This document shows positions 48,096 through 61,197 of a DNA stretch of 64,000 bases, piece after piece. The notes under the pieces are model-generated. The model saw only the letters and a list, made by a program, of their open reading frames with translations, searched no databases and was not told where the DNA came from. Position numbers and translations under genes: made by a program. The number at the start of each line of letters is the position of its first letter. Positions within the stretch are counted from its first letter, which is position 1. Origin of the DNA: Torpedo marmorata (taxonomy: Eukaryota); the NCBI GenBank assembly GCA_977017645.1, contig OZ360222.1, forward strand, positions 107,322,001-107,386,000. Reading direction: 5' to 3'.

Positions 48096-49604
48096 ATGGT
48101 TCAAACACCTTGACACTATGACATTTACTTTCTTTCCTCCCTCCATTCTTTTTAAACACACTGGTTAATAGCTTTGCACTAAAACCATGTCTGTGCTATT
48201 TTAATCAGTTATCTGAAATAAATATACCGGTATTAAAAATAATGATAAAAGAAAAGCATGTTGCAAAGATAGCTGGGAAAACAAAAAAATTAAATGGAGA
48301 ATTTTGTACTTGTGATCACTCTTCCGGTTATACCAGTTTAAGCAATTGCATGAATTGCACTGCCCACATAACACAAAATGAGATTCAGTAAAAACATTTC
48401 TGCTTTCTTAGAGCTGCTTTGGAAAATTTGGGCTTATCCAAAAGTAATTCAATATTTCTAGTAGACAGTGAGAATCATTAAATTGAACAAAAGGCCATCA
48501 AACCCTTATCAGAGAATGGCAGACATTCACTGTTTTATTTTAAAAGAGCAGTATCAGATGTCTTTTAGAGCACACTGAATCTCCCCTCTTTACCAGCACA
48601 TAGACCTAAACATCCCACATTATTGTTCACTTCAATTCACTATTTTAAAAAATTCATCTACCAAACTAGCTTGACAAAAAGAAACTAATCAAGTCTCAGT
48701 TTGCTCCTCCCCTCATTGGTATTGACATTATTCCTGTAACATTCTGGACTGGCATGTACTAACCTGCTGATTATCATCTGAACTCCATGATGCTTGATTC
48801 AAAATCACATTTTTGACATTTTTTTTCATTAAATAAGATGGCAGTATAAAACCTGATCAGGCAACTTTTTCCATACAAGACAACTGCAGCAAGATGAAAG
48901 TAATGAATTGTTTCTACATTATGCCGGACCTTCACTGTTCATGAACTTAGAAGACTTGGATCAAGTCTTTATGTTTTTAATATCGTAGACTGCAAAAATC
49001 ACACAAGATATTGAAAACCAAACCAATTAGTAAAATTTGTCTCAGGAAAGGCATTTTCTCCAGAACTTTTCAACTGGCTAATACTTCATTAAAGGGAATT
49101 CAAAGAACACCCTTATCGAGAGTAATGATAATAAGCACTGTAGAACCAACTCACCATTTCTGGCAGAGGAAGGATTTTGCAATTCATGTCATATCTTTTT
49201 TTTGGAATTGCTCTTTATTTTAATGCAACATAGCTAACAGCCTAATAAAACGTTTTGACCCGAGAAGCTATTTTGTTTTCTTTGTAAAACTGGACTTTGC
49301 AAGAGTGGCGATAATGGCTAGTAATCATTTTACCAGCAGCACACAATTAAAACCAAATTATTTCTATTAAGTCTAAACAAAGATGAATTATGCAGAAATT
49401 GAATTAGCCAAGCAGAAAATATATCTAAATTTAAAGTTTTCCAGTCAGACATTAAACATCAAGGCAATAGGGCCCAAGGAAGCAATGAAATAGAAGTTAA
49501 AAGTAATTTTAAACATGACTTCACTTAAAGGTTGATAATAAAATATGGAAAACACTGGACTTACATTTAATGCAGTCAATTTGATGACCCAACTTTAATA
49601 ATGT

Positions 49605-49730
49605 TAGAACATAAAACATTACAACACAGTACAGGCCCTTCGGCCCACGATGTTGTGCCGACCTATATATACCTAACAATAAACTAAACCCTCCCGACCT
49701 CATAACCCTCTATTTTTCTTTCATCCATGT
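49605..49730 (-). mobile_element. CR1-like 3' end fragment
   Basis: AGAACATAAAACATTACAACACAGTACAGGCCCTTCGGCCCACGA, the reverse of a CR1 tail. Confidence 0.75.
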
Positions 49731-49751
49731 GATGTTGTCCAAACTTTTCTT

Positions 49752-52700
49752 TTTTTTTGTTGAATATTTTATTTTTTCATTTTTCACAAAAAGATTAACA
49801 ATTTATACATAATCGTACAATTTCCAATTGTATACATTATTTTAAAATTTCCCTTCCCTCCTCCCCAACTAAAGAGGAAAAAACAAAACCTAAAAAACAG
49901 AAATTACAAATAAAAGAAAAGAAAACTAAACGTTCCGTTAGTGCTTACATTGCTTTTCCCATCTTTTTGGAGACGTCACACCATTAATTTGTTATACATT
50001 ACATTTTGCTGTACCTTGGAGTTTGAGTTATAACTGGGCCCCAATGTACTCCAGGTATGGTTGCCACACCTTAACAAATGTATCGTATTATTCCTGATAC
50101 TGTATGTAATTTTCTCCATGGGAATACAGCTGTGCATTTCTGTTGACCATCGAATGATAAGAAGGGGGGAGTCGGACTTCCAAGTTATTGCTATACATTT
50201 CTTTGTCACGGACAAAGCTACCTTTACAAATTGAATTTGAAATTTAGATAATTTATAGCTGATGTCCATTAAATTTCCGAAAAGATACAACTCCGGGTCC
50301 AGCAGAAAGTTTACCCCCGTAATTCTGGTTAGTGTATTAGATATGTCATGCCAAAAGGGGCGTACCTTTACACAGGACTAAGTGGAGTGCAGAAAAGTTC
50401 CAGTTTCTACACCACATCTAAAACACATCTCTGATATTTCAGGTTTAGACTTGTGTAGTTTTTGCGGTGTAAGATATAATTGGTGTAAGAAATTATACTG
50501 GATCAGTCTGTATCTGGCAATAATAACCGCTGTCATACTATGCCTACACCAGTCTGACCAGAAACGTTCGAGAATTGTTGTACCCAGGTCCGACTCCCAC
50601 CTCTCCCTCAATCTATCTATACCTGGTTTAGGGCTTTCACTCTGTAAAACAAAGTACATTCTGGATTAAATTTGAGTGAGTTTCCCAGCCAAAGTATCTG
50701 CTCCACCTCGTTGCTAATAGGTGGGGTCATTGTAGAGCCCCACCTTTCTCGCAAAAAGGATCTTAATTGGAGAAAACAGTAAAAGGTTCTATTAGACAAA
50801 TCATATTTATCTCTAAGTTATTCGAAGGACATGAGTTTTTCATTGTGATAGCAATCCTCAATATAACGAATCCCCTTTTGGTACCAATTATCCCATATTT
50901 TGTTGCCCAGATTCATGGGTATAAGTTCATTTTGAAACAGGTGTATTGGGAGATATTCCAACTTTTTCTCCAATAGTCGTTAAGTTCTTGCCAAATTTTA
51001 ACTATATGCTTCAAAATGGGATTATCCGTTATTTTGGATATTAGCTTAGTATTCCATTTGTAAACAAAATCTTTAGCTATTTTATCCCCTGTAGCATTCA
51101 GTCCAATTTGGACCCATGGAGGGGTATCACCCTCCTCAAAAAAAGTTAGAAGAAACCGCAACTGGGCTGCTAAATAGTATTTCTTAAAATCCGGTAATCG
51201 TAAACCCCCCAGTTTATAATCCCACGTCAGCTTTTCCATGGAGATTCTAGAAACTTTGCCATTCCAAATAGACTGTCTTACACATCCATTGAGTGTTTTA
51301 AAAAAGGTTTGTGGCAAAGGTATAGGTAAAGATTGAAAGAGATATTGGAGTTTCGGCATCACCATCATTTTGATACAGTTTACCCTACCCACTAATGTGA
51401 TGGGCAGGCTTCTCCATCTAAGTAAATCATCCTCAATCTTTCCAAGCATCGGGAGGTAATTAAGTTTGTACAAATTCTGTAAATTATTGTCAATCATAAT
51501 CCCTAGATATTTCATACCTTCTAGTTGCCATTTAAAGCAACTCCCCTGTTGATATTTCCTATGGTCAAATTTCTTAAGTGGCATAATTTCACTTTTGTCT
51601 ATGTTTATTTTGTATCCTGAAATCATTCCATATTCCTCCAGTGTAGTCTGCAATTTGGTTAAAGACTCAGCCGGTTCTGTTAGATTAACAGTATGTCGTC
51701 TGAAAATTTGTGCTCCACCTGATCCACCTTGAAACCCTTTATTTCTGGATCCCTCCTGATAGTTTCCGCCAAAGGTTCGATTGCTGGCACAAAAAGCCCT
51801 GGAGACAGTGGACACCCTGCCTGCTAGATCTACTCAATGAAAATGTCGACGATATTTGCCCATTTGTTATAATTTTGGCCCGAGGTTTATGATAAAGTGT
51901 TTTTACCCATTGAACAAATGATTGTCCAAGTCCAAACTTTTCGAGTACTTTAAATAAAAAAGGCCATTCCAACCTATCGAAAGCTTTTTCCACGTCTAAA
52001 GACACGGCTATGCTTGGGTCTATTTTGGATTGTGCCAAATGTATTATACTAAGTAGTCTACCCAAGTTATTGGCAGAGTGTCTCCTCTTCACAAACCCAA
52101 CTTGGTCTGAATTTATCAATTTTGGTAAATATTGACCTAGTCTGTTAGCCAATGTTTTGGCTATTATCTTATAATCAGCATTTAGTAATGAAATAGGTCT
52201 ATATGAGGACGGCTTTAGTGGGTCTCTATTTTTCTTAGGCATAACCGTAATGATAGCTGTTGAAAAGGATTCTGGGAGAGTCTGTGTCTCTGCTGCCCGA
52301 TCGACCACATCCATAATAAGAGGCATCAACAAATCTTTGAATTCTTTGTAGAATTCGGGCGGGAAACCATCCTCCCCCGATGATTTATTAGTTTGTAATG
52401 TACTCAAGGCTTTTTCGATCTCCTCACTAGAGAAAGGGGAATTCAATTTCGCCTGGTCATCTTAGTCCAATCTGGGCAAATAGACCTTGGACAAAAAATC
52501 ATCTATCTTAGATAAATCTTGAGGTAACTCTCATTTGTATAATTCTGTGTAGAACTGCTTAAATGTGTCATTTATCTCTCTTGGGTTATGTGTTATTTTA
52601 TCTGGCCCTGATTCAATTGCAATAATTATCCTGGATGTCTCTTCTGCTTTCAATTGCCAAGCCAGGACCTTATGGGCTCTTTCGCCCAGTTCATAATACT

Positions 52701-53136
52701 TTTGCTTGGTTCTCAAAATGGTTTTCTCCACCTGATACGTCTGCAAAGTATTGTATTTAAGTTTTTTGTTTACCAGAGTTTGGTATTTTCCCTTTGAGCC
52801 GGATTGTTGATATTCATTTTCCAATTCCAGAATTTCTCGTTCTAGATCATTTACTTCCGCCAAATATTTCTTTTTAACATTTTTGGTGTACGAAATTATT
52901 TGCCCCCTCAAATAAGCCTTCAAAGTATCCCATATTAAGAAACTGTTATTAGTGGAGGGGCAATTTGTCTCACAGAACAAATTTATCTGACCCCTTATAA
53001 AGTTACAAAAGTCTGTCCTTTTCAACAGCGTAGGATTAAGGCGCCATCTATATACATTTGCCTGTTTTTCTGGCATTACTATAGATAAGATCAAAGGTAA
53101 TAGTCTAGCTAGGTATTCCGATTCGATCACTCTGCC
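49752..53136 (-). mobile_element. 5'-truncated, frameshifted L1/Tx1-clade LINE (third family)
   Basis: ORF pieces 52531..53205, 51739..52446 (KSSGEDGFPPEFYK, YRPISLLNADYKI, SLDVEKAFDR), 50913..51815, 50378..50659 and 49976..50290. 16-bp TSD with one mismatch, TGTCC(A/C)AACTTTTCTT, at 49736-49751 and 53137-53152. Confidence 0.93.
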
Positions 53137-55314
53137 TGTCCCAACTTTTCTTAGGCCTTTAGGATAATCAATAGCTGACAATAAGATACAAAGCACAAGG
53201 CTCAATCGAGCTGTTCTGTTGCAAATCTAAAGCTCAGCCCATCAAATGTCACTCACTCTGACTGCCAATCACTCATTTAGATTTAAAATTGTGACCTATT
53301 TTGATGTCAGCCTTAAAAATAAACACAGCTCCATACGGTTAAATGGGTTTGCAAGCCATGTCACTCTTACCGTTCATAAATGCCACTCTAAACATTTCCC
53401 TTCGCGTTGACAGCCCTGAGCATCAGCAAAATTGTGAGTCTGAATTATTACCCTGTATCTCACTGTCAGATATTTGTCATTCTCTCTCATGTTTACTTGA
53501 GGCAACATAATATAGGTGGAAGGGTGATAAAAGAGGATGGTGATGGAAGAGCGGACACACATGACTGTGCAAAGATACCTTTGGCTCCCACATCACACAA
53601 TTGTCACATGGGGTATAAAACTGGTTGGATGACATCACTTTTCATGATTTCCCCATGAGCTGAATTTCCACTCTATGCCATGCCAGCATGGAGTAATTGA
53701 ACAGAGATAATATCTGCCCGTTCAGGAGGTACATGGAGAAGAAAAAATCATAGCCAGTCTTTCTTACAGCATGTGATCTGGGGAAAGCCTGGAATTGGGT
53801 CAAAAGCTCTTCCTTTCAGCTGAGTACACTGGAAGAAAGATGTGAAAAAAATAAAAGTTGTTATGAAATATATTCTAAAGTCTAGCAGCGAAACCAACAT
53901 TCCCAGTCAATGTATGGGCTATGTCTGTGATAGATCATGGATTTGACCTTATTGCTACATAGTTAAATTGACGATGTCTCAGGGAGCTGTCAAACGACTA
54001 GAGCAGGTCCTACTTTCTGCAGGGATTCATGAAGTTGCAATATCAATAAATGTGTGCTTCTACAAATTTGGGTAATCCTAAAACCAACGGGAAAACCAAG
54101 TTCCCTAAAGCAAATATAACCCTTCCTACATTCACAAAGCTAGTCGAGTCGATTTTCCTAAGTCTTCACAAGCTCCTCATTGCAAGCTTGACTGTGAGAC
54201 CCAACTCTACAGCAGCATTCTCCTGTCTCCAAAATGCAAGGTTCTCTTTTGGATGATATTTAAAACATTCATCTAGACTAAATATTGCACAAAATATCAG
54301 TAGCCTTGTCAGAACAATAAACAATTACTAATCGAGTGCTTCAGCTTATCCACATAAATACATTAAAATATATATTTTTTTAAAACCACTGCTTTTTAAA
54401 GTCTGATAGTAGCACCTTCCTAACAAAAATAATTGTGCAAACCACAGAAATGTACCAATATGCAGTGTTTTTTAAATATTACTGAAATAATATTCATACT
54501 TAAATAACTGCAAACCTATGCTTTTTACAGATATAGCAAACAAAAAATAAATCAGCCTTCCCTACTTAATATTAATTATATTTATCACTTTTATTTCCCC
54601 TTCCAGTAATACCTCACCCAACTTTCCATGTTACAACTATGGGATCAGAGTGAGTGGAGGCAGGCCTGTTCTTGTCCTTACTCTCCACATTCAGTTTCTT
54701 CCAGCAGAAATATGTGAATCAATATCTTGCCTGTCATAAAGGTGGATTCCATGGTTTCGAGGGGAGACCCTGGAGCCCACCCTCATGCTTAGCAAGATCA
54801 GCCAACATGGCAAATGACTGGGAGCCTTCCTTGACGTGGCTATTCAGAGGTGCAGAAACTGCCTGGATAATCAAACTAAACTACAAACTACAAACTAAAC
54901 TAAAAAAATATACAAACTTCACTATTTTGTCACAAATACTACAAGCTTAGGTAAGCTAGATGAGAGGTTTTAAGATTTAAAAAAAGCTTCATGTAAATAG
55001 CATGACTTTGCTCCCATTTGTAGCTCGTTTCTCTTTGACAGTTACGGACCACCATTGGCACTATGCTCTTGCATTGAGCATTCACAGGAAGTAGGCCATT
55101 GAAGTCAAAGCAGCACCATTAACTGCGACTACGGAACAACTCTGCGAGCCAGACTACGTCATCCAGAGCAAGGATAGCAAGAACAAAGGTAGGTTTACCT
55201 TGATAAAAATCTCTCCAAAAATAAATACCAAATTATTCCACACCAAATAGCAATGGAAATTAATAAAAACCAGCAGATGCTGTAAATCTACTCAGCAGGT
55301 CAGACTGATTCAAT

Positions 55315-55510
55315 TAAAGTAAAAAACACAAATGCTGGAGAAACTCAGCAGGTCAAACAGTGTATTTTATGTAGCAAAGGTATAAATACATAACCGACGT
55401 TTCGGGCTTGAGCCCTTCATCAAAGTATGAGTAAATGTCGGCAGGCGTCCGAACAAAAGAGTGAGGGGGGAAGGGGGGTGGCAAAGGCAGGAGATGATAG
55501 GTGGAGAAAG
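55315..55510 (-). mobile_element. Young Penelope pLTR fragment, near-identical to 17570-17765
   Basis: Direct sequence match including the hammerhead region. Flanked by the arms of an older PLE-type hairpin (55266-55306 and 55508-55581). Confidence 0.88.
55389..55429 (-). ncRNA. Minimal hammerhead ribozyme motif, copy 2
   Basis: CAUACU-UUGAUGA-A-GGGCUCAAGCCC-GAAAC-GUC^GGUUAUG. Confidence 0.72.
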
Positions 55511-57840
55511 TGTCTTCGACCTGAAACATTAATCCCGTTTCTTTTTCACAAGTGCTGCCTGGCTTGCTGAGTGTTTCCAGCCACTTTACCCTAAAGAGTT
55601 ATGAATTGGATTTAATATGATGCGTTGCTCCATATCTACAAAAACCAATCGAAATATCCACCAGAAAAGGTAGTTTTTAGAATTACCTGATTGTATTTGA
55701 TTCATCATTTAAGGCAAAACTTGTAAGAATTAATGCAATTTCAAAACAAATTTACTATCTCCAGCATAAAGGAGCATCAGAACAATCTGGATTAATCCTA
55801 GTTAATGCTATACAGTACTGCATTCCCTGCTATTGTTGATCCATGATCCCTTTACATCTTAAATAAAGATTATAGTCTTATAAACAGTTGAAAACAAAAC
55901 TGCAGATTAACAGCATCCCACTTAGAACTGGCCCAATATGGTCAAACTGTAGTTGGTAGCATTTGTTTTACCCACAGGATGATATTTTTATTGTTGGATT
56001 AAACGGCATCAGGGGCCAACTCAGGAGATACAATTGGCTACATTTCATTTATTTCACATTGTGCTCCCTTAAAGTTTATCTGGTCTTCAAGAGGCTGCTG
56101 AAGGTGGAGTTTGTTGGATGTAATGATTAGCTGCAGCTCGACACTGAGCATTGGAAGTGAATGGCAGTACAGCTCAGCTTCAATTTGCAGATCCTCAATT
56201 AATTAGAAAACCCTTGGATTCACGCAGATGTGGGTCACTATTGACAGTTCTATCTTTGATGCTTCCTGTGTGACTGTTGTTAAGTTGACCTTCCCTAAGA
56301 ATTCATTTACTTCTGCCTTCTCCAACAGGAAACCACTGGCAAATTTACCCAACCGTGCAGTTCCCATCTTAACAAATACTGATAACATCTGTACAGTATT
56401 GCCCTCATACTAAAAATGGTCACTGCAAAAGTTCCAAGAAATTATGAAAAAAATGTGTGTGTGTGTGTGGTGAAATAATTTCCTTTGAGGACAGTATCTT
56501 TCTGTTTCATCTTGTGGTTTGTTTACAATTGCTGTGAACCGCTCAATACAGCACAACAGACATTATAAAATGCCCGGTTAGTGTACCATAATATCACATT
56601 ACCTCAACAGCCTATAATCAGGACAGCTGGCTTATAGTGACCATACATGTCACATTAAAACACTTGCACCGTTTCAGGGAATCGATTTTCGGATTCCATT
56701 TGGTTTTAATTACAGTTGGTGGTTTAAGGTGACTGGATAAATTTAATTTTGCTTCTCTTGCATGGTTCAGAATTTTTATTTGGGGTTTTGAAAATTATAT
56801 TCTGGCCTTTTATGCCATAAAACACAAAAGCTCTGTTATCTTTTAATGCAAGCGGGTAAAAATATCAGAGGATGCGACTGATACATGATACCACATTTTG
56901 ATATCACATTCTTAATTCATCACCAAAATCATGCCAGTAATTTTCAAGTTGCACAAGAAAAAAAATCACAGATCAAAGAAACACATCAGTTTGCAAGCAA
57001 GAATTTATTTTTATCAAAGATTCACCATCTGGTGTGCAGTACAAACAGTAACACCAAGATAAACCTACAAATGCATTTAAATCAATAATATAATTAAGAG
57101 GGTTCTGTTGCTCATTACAAACGGAGCTTTGAAGGAATGAGGTGGAGTGGAGGAAGAAGCTAATCCCTGATATTACGTGCACTTTGCCAAAGCTTCTGGG
57201 CATGAGGACATCTGGCAACAAGTATATACTGCTGCCACCTCCTGAAGGAGACACAATAAACTGGCTGAAGTAAGAGGGGGCAAACAAAGTGGGAAAGAAT
57301 AGAGTTCATCCATGACATGTAAATTAATAAATCTTCAAGAAGAATAGACAGTTCAAGCTACACCACAGCTTCTTAATGGCACTGGAATCTCTGGATTGGA
57401 CCGACCTTATGTTTAAGGGCAGTCGCCTATTCTTGCAGCTCTACTTCCCTATCGAAAGGAATGGAGAGTGTAAGTGGCTCACTTTTGAAGGCCAGGGTCA
57501 GAGTATCTTTTCCTCTGGGATCGAAGTTCAATGCCAGTGCAAACTGCAGGAATGCAAGTAGACAAGCTCCCCACTCTGTATAACTTGAGTGAGCTTCTTG
57601 TGGGAATAAAAACACAATTTTGAAAATCTTATTGCAATGCAAATTCATCAATAATCTGGCTGCATCCAGAATGATTGATATGAACATTTCATTTAACACA
57701 CAAATCCACAGAATATATTTGATGTAAAGGCAAAAGCAAAAACAAAATGCTGTGGACTTGACTTAGAAAGTCACTGTACTCATTATATTCTAACTGGTAA
57801 ATACAAATTTCAGAACCCAAACGCTATCATTCCATTTTAA

Positions 57841-58024
57841 CCGTTTGGACTCCATGTCCCCGTTTTACAGGACTACCAACAAGCGCATATACTCCGTGCC
57901 TCGGTTGTCCGGGACTGGTTTTATACCCAATCACGTACTGTACTTTCATACTGTAAAGGTTTACCCATGGACCCAGTCCCGAGTGTATATGATGAAAGGT
58001 TAAAAATGGCCGGATTCCAAAGGG
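57841..58024. mobile_element. piggyBac-like MITE (184 bp)
   Basis: TTAA on both sides (57837-57840, 58025-58028). 13-bp TIRs CCGTTTGGACTCC / GGATTCCAAAGGG match at 11 of 13 positions. Confidence 0.8.
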
Positions 58025-59049
58025 TTAAAAACTAAGCATGTTTATTTGGAATTGCTTGTTTGAAAACTACTTTTGTGCGTTTGTTCATAAATGCAAAATC
58101 AAACCTACGACATCAAAGCATCTCTTTGTCTCCACATCCATCACCATAGGATTTATTTTTCAGATTTTTATTATGTAAGTGTCAATGTCAGCCCATTTAT
58201 TTTGAATGGGAGAATAGCAAGCATGAAAATAATGTCAAAGGAAAACCTGAGTTTTGGAGTTTTGCAACCAATGTCAAAAATATTTCTGGATTATGAAAAA
58301 TACTGCTGGTTTGTACAACTGAAGGGGTGCACTATATAAATTAACAATCATCTGGGGTGAGATACTGAATGAAAGGGAATGGGTCAAATCTATACAACTT
58401 TCTATTTTCTAATTTAAATTACCTCAACACTAAATTATTTTTTGTGCCTAATCAATTGAAAAGATTGCCCATTTTTTTTGAATGGATATGTCATCAAGTC
58501 TGATGCCTTCAACACTTGCACATTCCTTAAAAAACTGATCACCACTGTAAACTGCACTTCCATGCAATAAAATAAATTGAATGTTAGGTCTCTTTGCAGC
58601 TTAAATAACGACAAGTCTCTTTTACAATACAATTTCAGTCTAACAGATCATGAATTCTATATCCAGGCTAGTTGTTTGAATTTTAAGCTTCTTAAGAGAC
58701 TCTGATCAAAATTTTAAAACTTATTTATGAGGTTTAGTTGGTTTCTTACATTGCGTATATTCCTCATTTTAAAAAACAATTAATTTTACAAGATATATAT
58801 TCAAAATATCTGGCAGAGGAAAGAGTCCTGCAAAAAATGTACACATTTGAAACTCAACAATTTAGAATAACGATGTCTTGTTTGTTTAGTCTTCTATCCA
58901 AGCATTCTGTACAATTTTTGTCTTAAATGTGGATAACTATATACTTTTGATAAGCACTCACTGTAACGGAGACTACAAAAGATATTAATTTGCTGCAACT
59001 TGGTTGCAAAGTTCTTTGGGATGTCCTGAAGTCATGAAAGATGCCACAT

Positions 59050-59770
59050 TCATAGATTCATAGAAACCTACAACACAGAAACGGGCCCATTGGCCCACCT
59101 CATCCATGACGATTGTGATGCCTATCTACACTAATCCCATTTGCCCACATGAGGTCTACATCTCTCTGCAACTTTCCTATCCAAGTACATGTGCAATGCC
59201 TTTGAAAAATTGAAACAATAATCACCTCCACTTCCTGCTCTAGCAACTCACTCCAAATATTGACCACCCTCTTACGAGAAACGTACCCCTCAGATCTCCT
59301 TTAAATTTCTCCATTCTTACCTTAAAACTGCATCCTCTAGCATTAGACACTCCAAACCTGCGAAAACGATACTGACTGTCTATGTCTCTATGCCCTCATA
59401 ATTTTGTAAACCTCTATAAGGTGATCGTTCTGCCTCCTATGTTTTAGTGAGTAAACTCAGCCTATCCAATCTCTCCTTATAACTATAGCCCTCCATTAAA
59501 GTTAACATCCTGCTAAATATTACTTTTTCAGTCAGTTTGTTTACATTTCTTTATTTGTTTACATGTGCATGTTGAGTCAGGTTTTTTTTGCACAACTAAT
59601 AAGTGGTAATTCTGCCTCACCTGCCGGAAAAAGAATCTCAGGGCTGTATGTGATGTCATGTATGTACAATGACAATAAATCTGAAATCTGAATCTCTTCT
59701 GCAATCTTTCTATTGCTACTATGCCCTTCCTTTAGTGTGGCAATCAGAAATGTACATGAAATTTGTGAAT
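59050..59770 (-). mobile_element. CR1/HER1-like 3' region, interrupted by a Rex1-type tail fragment (+ strand, ~59530-59695)
   Basis: Reverse CR1 tail CATAGAAACCTACAACACAGAAACGGGCCCATTGGCCCA. The insert ends ATGACAATAAATCTGAAATCTGAATCT. Confidence 0.75.
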
Positions 59771-59811
59771 CTTTTCTGGACCCAAGAGAGGCTGGGACTT
59801 TTATTTTCCAC

Positions 59812-60190
59812 CAAGAGGACAGGAGACTTGTAGAGGTACATAAAATCATGAGGGGCATAGATAATTTGTCAGTCTATTTCAAAGGATAGGGAAATCAAAT
59901 GAAAGGCATAGTTTTAAAGTGAGAGGGAAAGATTTAAAACGGACCAGAGGGGCATCTATTTCACACAAAGGGTGGTAGGCTGTCAGACGAGCTGCCAGAG
60001 GAAGTAGTAGAGGCAGCTACTATTACAATGTTTAAAAGACATTTAGATAGGTATGTGGATAAAAAAAACATCTAGAGGAATATGGGCCACGTGCATCAAA
60101 TAGGATTAACTGAGATAAGAAACTTGGTCAGCATGGATAAGTCAGGCCAAGGGATCTGTTTCCATGTTGTAAAACCATGACTCTATAGAC
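59812..60190 (+). mobile_element. CR1/HER1-like 3' end
   Basis: GDLVEVHKIMRGID..., FTQRVV and tail GGCCAAGGGATCTGTTTCCATGTTGTA..CCATGACTCTAT. Confidence 0.85.
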
Positions 60191-60336
60191 AACCTACTTT
60201 ACTTGTCTTAGGTCTCGTCTAATAAACCAGATTCCCCAAAAAAGAGCAGTTGCCAGGTTAGGTTTTCCTAACATAGATGTGGGGTAGAAAGCAACCAATA
60301 TCAAAAGTTCCCATGAAGCAGGAATGCTCTTTCCAG

Positions 60337-61197
60337 TGTTACAAAATCAAACCAGCAACGACAGAAGACGCAATGCAAAAGGGGTAAAATTGAAATTTAT
60401 ATTTATTAAACACAATTAAACATATAATTTCACAACAATTAACCCCACTATAAACATCTATAAACACTATTCTTATCTAAAAGATGTGTGTGTGTGTGTG
60501 TGTGTGTGTGTATAAAGCCCAGACCATTACAGTCTGTGCCCAACCCTTATGTAAATATGGAAAAACTTTCCCAAAAAAAAACCCAGGTCAGTCAAAAAAA
60601 AGAATAATACAGTCCACAAAATTCACTCTCTAAGTTCAGGTTTCAAATTCAGCTCTGTGTCTGGTAGAAGTACTTCTAAATGAACGTTGGAGAGAGACAA
60701 TGACTGTTTATGCTTACAAATACTTGTTTTTCTTCTCTGATGACGTTCCCTTCTTGTGTTTTCATAAGGATTGCGAGTTCAGATCAGTATACCACTGATT
60801 AAGGCGTGTGCTTGGATCTCACAGCTAGTCTCGCTGATCTCACGCCTGTTCTCCACAGAAGTTGCTTTACCTCAGAATTTCTCTGAGACAGGAGGCCATG
60901 TGCTATCCTGCCAGTCTTTTCTATGGGATGCACAAGCCTGGATTTGGCTGTGTTCTCTAGCCTTTGCAACTCCCAACTGTCTGCTTTTTGCAGAGGTCTG
61001 CACCTGCTTTTGCAAAAGTGCAACAATGATTTTTTTCCACAGTCTGTCTCTCTCTGCTCTCTCTCTCTCTCTCTCTGGGTACACCAAGTCCTGGGCAAGT
61101 TAACTCTTTCAGTACCTGGCCCCAGTGTATACTCCAAAATACTTCATCCTTCCTGCTGACCGTCCGCAGTCCAAATGGTCAGTCATGGTCCATAACA
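60337..61197 (-). repeat. 3' LTR (861 bp) of a Gypsy/Gmr1 element
   Basis: TGTTA...TAACA inverted termini. Polypurine tract GGGTGGGAGG immediately upstream on the minus strand (~61200-61208). AATAAA near 60402. Internal (CA)n and (GA)n tracts. Confidence 0.85.

Noticed and set aside
55042-55188. Plus-strand 147-nt segment with good acceptor and donor
   Set aside because: Stops in all three frames and no partner exons seen. It cannot be supported without RNA data.
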